Origin: Catajapyx aquilonaris | Taxonomy: Eukaryota | Assembly (NCBI GenBank): GCA_000934665.2 | Contig: JYFJ02001399.1 | Location: forward strand, 1 to 64,000 | Direction: 5' to 3' | Length of the DNA: 64,000 nucleotides | Part shown: positions 58,171-64,000 of the stretch, in pieces | Position numbering within the stretch: the stretch's first letter is position 1 | How the letters are laid out: every line of letters begins with the position of its first letter | Translations under genes and position numbers: made by a program | The notes under the pieces: generated by a model | Database searches by the model: none | The model's input: only the letters and a program-made list of their open reading frames with translations | Told to the model about the DNA's origin: nothing

Positions 58171-58863
58171 ATTCATCTCTTATTAATATTACCCACATAA
58201 AAATTTTACCATACAGGTAGGGCCCTATCTGATCATCAAAGCGAAAAAAAAGAGTCTTTGACAAATACTACCAGGTCACGCGGGCCTGGGGAATTTTGCC
58301 CCCTGCCCCCCCCCCCCCCCTCTCCAGCCCTGGGCATGGGGCATGTTGGCACAGTAATGTAAGACGAAGGTAGGGCTTATTAAATAATTTTTAAATCTTT
58401 TCCATACAGTCAACTCCATACAGTGAACTTGGCCCAAAATTTCCGTTTTACGAAGATGGAAGTATGATGATATTAACTCACCACTGTGAAATTTTTTAAT
58501 TTGGCGTTGGAGCATGCTGGCCAAAAGGGCGCGTATAAAGATAATTTTTCTGTGCACAGTGCTGTGTAGGAAAATTGATGACGTCTTGCCCAAGGCCACC
58601 CCAACGTTTGGGGTGGACTTGCCCATCTAATTTCCCCATTACAAATGCACTGCTCTGGGCAGGAAAATATTGGAATGGGTTAACCTGGCCATTGCCATCC
58701 ACATGGGACAACTTGGCCACTCCTAATAAATACTACCCATGCTGGATTTACGGCAAGGCAACCTAGGCAGTTGCCTGGGGTGGCAGATTTCAAGTGGCAG
58801 CAGATTTAGGCGTACAAATATAAGCAAAGAAGAATTTATAATAAATAATTAGGAGAGTGAAAG

Positions 58864-59177
58864 CAGCCCTGGATTTACCATTAGGGAGAGTAGGCAATTG
58901 TCTAGGGGCGGCCACGAGTTGCAATAAATATTTTTCAAATAGGCTACAATAATTAATAGGAAATAAAGACGAAATCATTTAAAAATTCACCATTTTCTCC
59001 GGATTTACAACTAGGCAGAAAAGCCTGCCCTTAGAGGGCGGCCATAACTGGAATTATTAATTTTTACATTAAATTAAATTAAATGAAGGAGAGATCTCGA
59101 GATTTTTAAGCGGCATTGGGGGGGAGCGACGACGGATCACAACTGCCTAGGCGGCCGGAGTGGTATATCCGGCACTG
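58864..59177. mobile_element. hAT-like MITE (CAG..C.GGAT termini)
   Basis: CAGCCCTGGATTTACCA / TGGTATATCCGGCACTG with repeated CTAGGG..GGC subterminal motifs; TSD not evident. Confidence 0.55.
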
Positions 59178-59435
59178 CGTAGGGGAGAGATCAAACTTGC
59201 CCACTGGAATGCGACTGGGTGGTAAACTAGGCCACCTGTTGTTAAACCGAAGACTTGGTGACTTTGATGGTAGACAAATGATTCTGTACCCTATATTACA
59301 GGTTGTAGGCTATTTATTCTGCACTAGCAGTGGAACCCATTCTTCGCACGGCCTGTTTCCATGGTAATGTAATCAACAACAATCAATCATCGTTGATGCA
59401 GTGGAAACCTGTTGCCAGGGTAATGGATAAAAATA

Positions 59436-59887
59436 CTGGGTGTTCATGAAAAACACCGACAAACCTATACCACCCCCTACCTAGGCACCAGAGGATCACA
59501 TTATGTAGAGGAGTGATTATGCCTGGACTCACTACCTCATTACTGCCTCACTACTGAGATAATTGACCCACCTGCTCTTTAGCGATTTAGCTTAAGCGTT
59601 AGGGGGTATCCACGTGAAAACCAAAAATGTGCTGCAGAAAAATTCTCCAATAGCGATTATTCTAGCTGCTCCAGAACGGCGATGCGATTTTTACCTAATC
59701 ACTCCTTCTGACTGGGGGAGGGCTCGTTGGGTGGCCTAACTTCCAGGATATTTTATACTACCTGCTTGAAGGCAATTTGCACGGTAATGAGGCGGCCCAG
59801 GAATAATCACTCCTCTACATAATGTGATCCTCTGGTGCCTAGGTAGGGGGTGGTATAGGTTTGTCTGTGTTTTTCATGAACACCCTG
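59436..59887. mobile_element. Tc1/mariner-type MITE, about 95-bp arms
   Basis: TA flanks; GGGTGTTCATGAAAAACAC TIR. Confidence 0.85.
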
Positions 59888-60607
59888 TATATTGATTCAC
59901 TTGCGGTACTTACAGTGAGTTTTACCCACCCTGCCATATTACATGGTCACATCTACTGACCCGATAATCAGTGTTATTGTCCCAAATCATAACAGGGGTA
60001 GATAGGACACATACCATAATTATCATCTCATGTTGAAGAAACATCCTACATATTTACTACTTTGATAGATCAGCATGAGTGAGTATGTACGTGTTGCGAA
60101 GTTCACCCCGTCTGACATGCGGGGAACGTGTTCTGCTAGGGATTTTTAAATGTGTTTTTAAGGAACGATATTCAAAAGCTGTAATAAATATTACCACCAC
60201 TGCACTCCACTAGTAAGGTTCACCTTCATTTCCTAAAAATGGACAAGACACTTGCTTCGCAATTTCTCATCATCATCATCAACATCACGACATTTCCCTA
60301 TGAGGGGTAGTCAGCGATGAAGGGAGACGCAAGCTAACCCAACATATGAACTAATAATTAAAACTCGTGAAAATAAACCTAAAAACAACCAGTCCCACCC
60401 CCCACCCCTGCCCACCTCAGACAACAGGCACTCAATATTAAATTGAAATATTACACTATGCAATACGGTACTTCGCCAAATCAAGCCCCCCCCCCCCNCC
60501 CCCTCGCCACCAGCCACTACTCCGGACGCCCTCTCATTTGCCTCTCAATTTGCAAAATAAGGTTTGCACACTATGAAAATCGGGTGGTTTCATGGGGTGG
60601 CCTTTAA

Positions 60608-61482
60608 CCCATTTGTTCCCAGCGTCCTATATATAGAATGGTGGGGGGAAAAATTATTTCTGGAAGTTCTGCACATAAATCACAGACTAAGCAAGCTGAA
60701 CCACTTCATGAAAGTCTAATCTAGTGGGAGAATGCAGATACATCACATTTCAGTGATTGCATCAGCCCCAATTACAAGTTCAATTTTGGGAGATTTGCCA
60801 ATTTCAGAACTTGCGTGATTGAGGAACTATTCCCTTGAATTATAAATACTTCTACAGCTTTTAAAAATAAATACAATGTATGACTGTTGCAAGAAAGTTT
60901 GTGGGAAGCTACCATAAAATCTTTGCATTGTTGGGCTTTATGAGTGGCGAATGGCAGTAAGGGAAACAATGGTGTCCTACAATCCACATATACATTTGGT
61001 AGCCATTAAAGTAACTGCTTAAATTATGTAGATTTGTGCCAGCAACAGCCACAGCAATCGGAGAAGTATTTTAGATCACCCTGTGTAGCCAGGTGTTACA
61101 TGGTGCAACTTAGGGACCCATACTTTCCAAGATGAAAAAAAGAGAAAGGCCTTCAAGAAATTTATGAAACTTGATATAATCGACTGAAATACCTGAATGA
61201 TTGGGATATAATGCAATTCCATCATTGCTACCAGCACTGCACCATTCAATGTGAGAATTGCCATGTAAAGTGAAGCAATGAGTGGAGAGAAAAGTATACG
61301 GATCTTGATATGGATTATTGTCCTGGAGTTCTATATATATGATGCCGTGTATCTTCTGTTGTAATTAAAAATTTACACTGAACTATTTTTTATATCTCAT
61401 TTAGTTTCTGCCTTCTAATGCATGACTCAATATATTATTAAAATGTCATAAGTAGTGTAGATCAACCTTGGGAACAAATGGG
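60608..61482. mobile_element. piggyBac-type non-autonomous element
   Basis: TIR CCCATTTGTTCCCA; flanks TTAA / TTAT. Confidence 0.7.
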
Positions 61483-62176
61483 TTATCGTTGATTTCCTGG
61501 CTCACCTATGTCTGCATAGGTGAACTTTTTTGGTGTACAACATGCTAAGCCTGCCGTAATGGCATGATGTGATTACCTGTTACCTTAAATATTCATTAAT
61601 GACATTTTTAAAATTGTGGCGAAGTTCACGCTTCCAGCCAACGTCACCCCGTTTGATGGCACATATTATGTATTTATATCTCCTTTTGTGTTGATTCAGC
61701 GAAATCCTTGCAACCTTATTAATTGTGTATATATATATACTGGATGTGCATATATTTACACCACCTTCCGACCATGACTGGGCTCTTGTGAGCTAACATA
61801 CTGTAGTATCCCTCTAGCTAAGGAGCAAGTAGCCAGCATCTGGGAGATGGAAGCACCAGCAGAAATCACCATGGACTGCTCAGGTTGGCAGGAACATGTG
61901 CCAACCTGCCCCAAGCACAGTGTGCCAACATGCCCTATATGCATTTTGTCACTGTTAGAGTCCTCCTACTCATGAGTGACAAATATTAAATCGCCATTTA
62001 TGCTGTCATTTTGTAGGCAGATATTCTGATGGGCTTGATGATCTAGCACTTGCATTGGAAGAAAAAGAAAAATGAATGAAAGAGAGAAATTCTCACATGG
62101 TCAAAAATCTTGGGGGGACAGTCGACACGGTACTGCTGCCGACAGTCTTTTGCGATTGAATTGAAAATAGGACATA

Positions 62177-62519
62177 GGGGCCGTCCAGACGGGCCAACCT
62201 TAGCCGCGGCTGGCCGCGGCCCTGGCGTCGGCCCCGGCTTGCGGAGCCACGGCTGGCCACGGTACCCGTTCAGACGGGCACATATTTTAATAACAGCCAC
62301 CCGCATTTGTAATAGTGGCCGGTAGTCATGGCAGCGACGAAAAACAAGTGACGCGCAGTATCCGTCACCGAGGCCAAGCCGTGGCCAAGCAGCGAGCCAA
62401 CTTCCAGGAAGTCGGCCAACTTGGCCAACTTCTGAGCCGTGGCCGTTGCCGTGTGAACCGTCGCGGCCTCGACCAGCCGCGGCTGGCCGTGGCTAAGGTT
62501 GGCCCGTCTGGACGGCCCC
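62177..62519. mobile_element. GC-rich PIF/Harbinger (Tourist-like) MITE
   Basis: Perfect 29-bp TIR GGGGCCGTCCAGACGGGCCAACCTTAGCC; 3-bp TSD ATA. Confidence 0.85.
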
Positions 62520-63337
62520 ATAATGTGGAGCATGCCTATCTGCACCTACCACATTAGCATCAGGTCTGTGAACCTAGTAGTCCTTTCACAAATTTGTCTG
62601 TGCTGCCTTACCCCTGTAGCCATTGTGCCCCTGTCTCCCCTACTTCAGTACGTTGTAAAAATTAATTATTACACAAATCCACATTAGTACATAATTTTAA
62701 TGTACTCTTTTCAGTTGAAAGCCTTTGCAATGTAAAGTCCATCACCTTATGAAGTTATGAAACTCATTTTACACATATTCTGTAAAAGTCAAAATTCTGA
62801 AATCCAACCCCTCCCGTCCATACCACCTGATTTTAATCCTTAAATATGACAGTCCACAAAAAACTTTTCCTGTAATTCATTATTGATGGTGGACTACTTA
62901 ACTACCAAGTTTGAAGAGAATCAGACACTTGCACTTAGGAGAATGTCCGTCTCTGTACAGTACATGCCAGGACATTGAATTTTTAAGTAATATGAACTGG
63001 TGATGAACATATTAACTATAACAAATGAACAAACATTACATACTGTTGTGCCAAGTGAGGTCTGAAAAATGTAATGTATTTTTTTTTTTAAATGAGAGTA
63101 GTCATTATGGTATGCAGCATGTAAAAAATTATGGAATGACCTTCTGTAATATGTGAAGCTTTTGAGTCAAATGCAAAAATTACTTACATGAAGCGGGAAC
63201 TTGATCAACATAATATGAAACCTTAATCAGTATGGTGTCTTGATATAGGATCTATGGGGGCTTCATGAATTGTGAGAATTGGAGCTGTATGCTTCAAAGC
63301 GTGCCTTTGTTGTAAGGTAGGATTACTTGTACCTGCT

Positions 63338-63444
63338 GTCTAACAAGAATTGTCGCAGCGGCAGCGCACGAACTACAGTCTCTCGTGTCCCTGTGCTCGT
63401 AGATTGTAGGTCGTGCGCTGCCGCTGCGACAATTCTTGTTGGAC
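63338..63444. repeat. Hairpin with about 40-bp stem
   Basis: AACAAGAATTGTCGCAGCGGCAGCGCACGA and its exact reverse complement. Confidence 0.85.
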
Positions 63445-64000
63445 TGATAGTACATGTGGTGGATAATGCATAACATTAATCTTGCTGTGACCAGTTTAGA
63501 GCCATGTGGATGAACCACTGTCATTATTCCACATGCATATCACAGGGTACGACTAAGGTGAAAATTCATCTCGTGTTATAGCACAGTTCTCCAGCAATTT
63601 TAATATGAAAATGTATCTGCTATGTAATATATTGTAAGATTCATTGCACCTTCACTAATGAGGATGGCAATGCCTCAGGATCAAAAAGTGTATACCAGCT
63701 GTTCGTAGTGACAGCTCAGATTTGCATTGGTGGAGATTCTGCCTATGCTACTGGTGGGTTGCATTTCACCCTGATTAAATGGCATAATGGAATCCATGTG
63801 CAGCACATTCTGTCTATATTATGCTTGCGTTAGCCAGGGATACCAACTTGAGTCAGGAACATATGTGGGAATTCTACCTAGGGATGTCAGAGCTGACTAG
63901 GGGCACCGTCTACGTTAGCATTGCAAAGGAATTCGTAGGTGCCATTATTATACTGTCCATTTTTGACCTTGTGCAGTATGGTCATTATGATGGTGTGGTG

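Overview
Eukaryotic (most likely arthropod) genomic DNA. The window is dominated by one large + strand gene, unc-80 (scaffold subunit of the NALCN/UNC79/UNC80 sodium-leak channel complex). I traced 31 phase-consistent coding exons from 7488 to 45810 (5916 nt, about 1970 codons). The N- and C-terminal parts were not found and probably lie outside the window. One intron needs a GC-AG donor, and there is a candidate in-frame cassette exon. The introns are packed with transposable elements: a 5'-truncated but stop-free Ty3/Gypsy pol fragment (1-1474, minus), a deleted mariner, two non-autonomous Helitrons, remnants of Tigger, hAT, Tc1 and LINE coding sequence, about 25 MITE/fold-back elements (several nested three deep) and 11 tRNA-headed SINEs. 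The most unusual signals are (i) a combinatorial SINE system in which different heads, cores and two structurally conserved 3' stem-loop tails are shuffled, (ii) a long-TIR fold-back family with CAAGGGAA termini and a TAA duplication shown by an internal empty site, (iii) a CpG-rich promoter-like island with a phase-compatible splice donor upstream of the first visible unc-80 exon, and (iv) a high load of intronic inverted repeats that should fold the pre-mRNA into long dsRNA. All family assignments are by eye, without database searches. No rRNA, intact tRNA or CRISPR array was seen.
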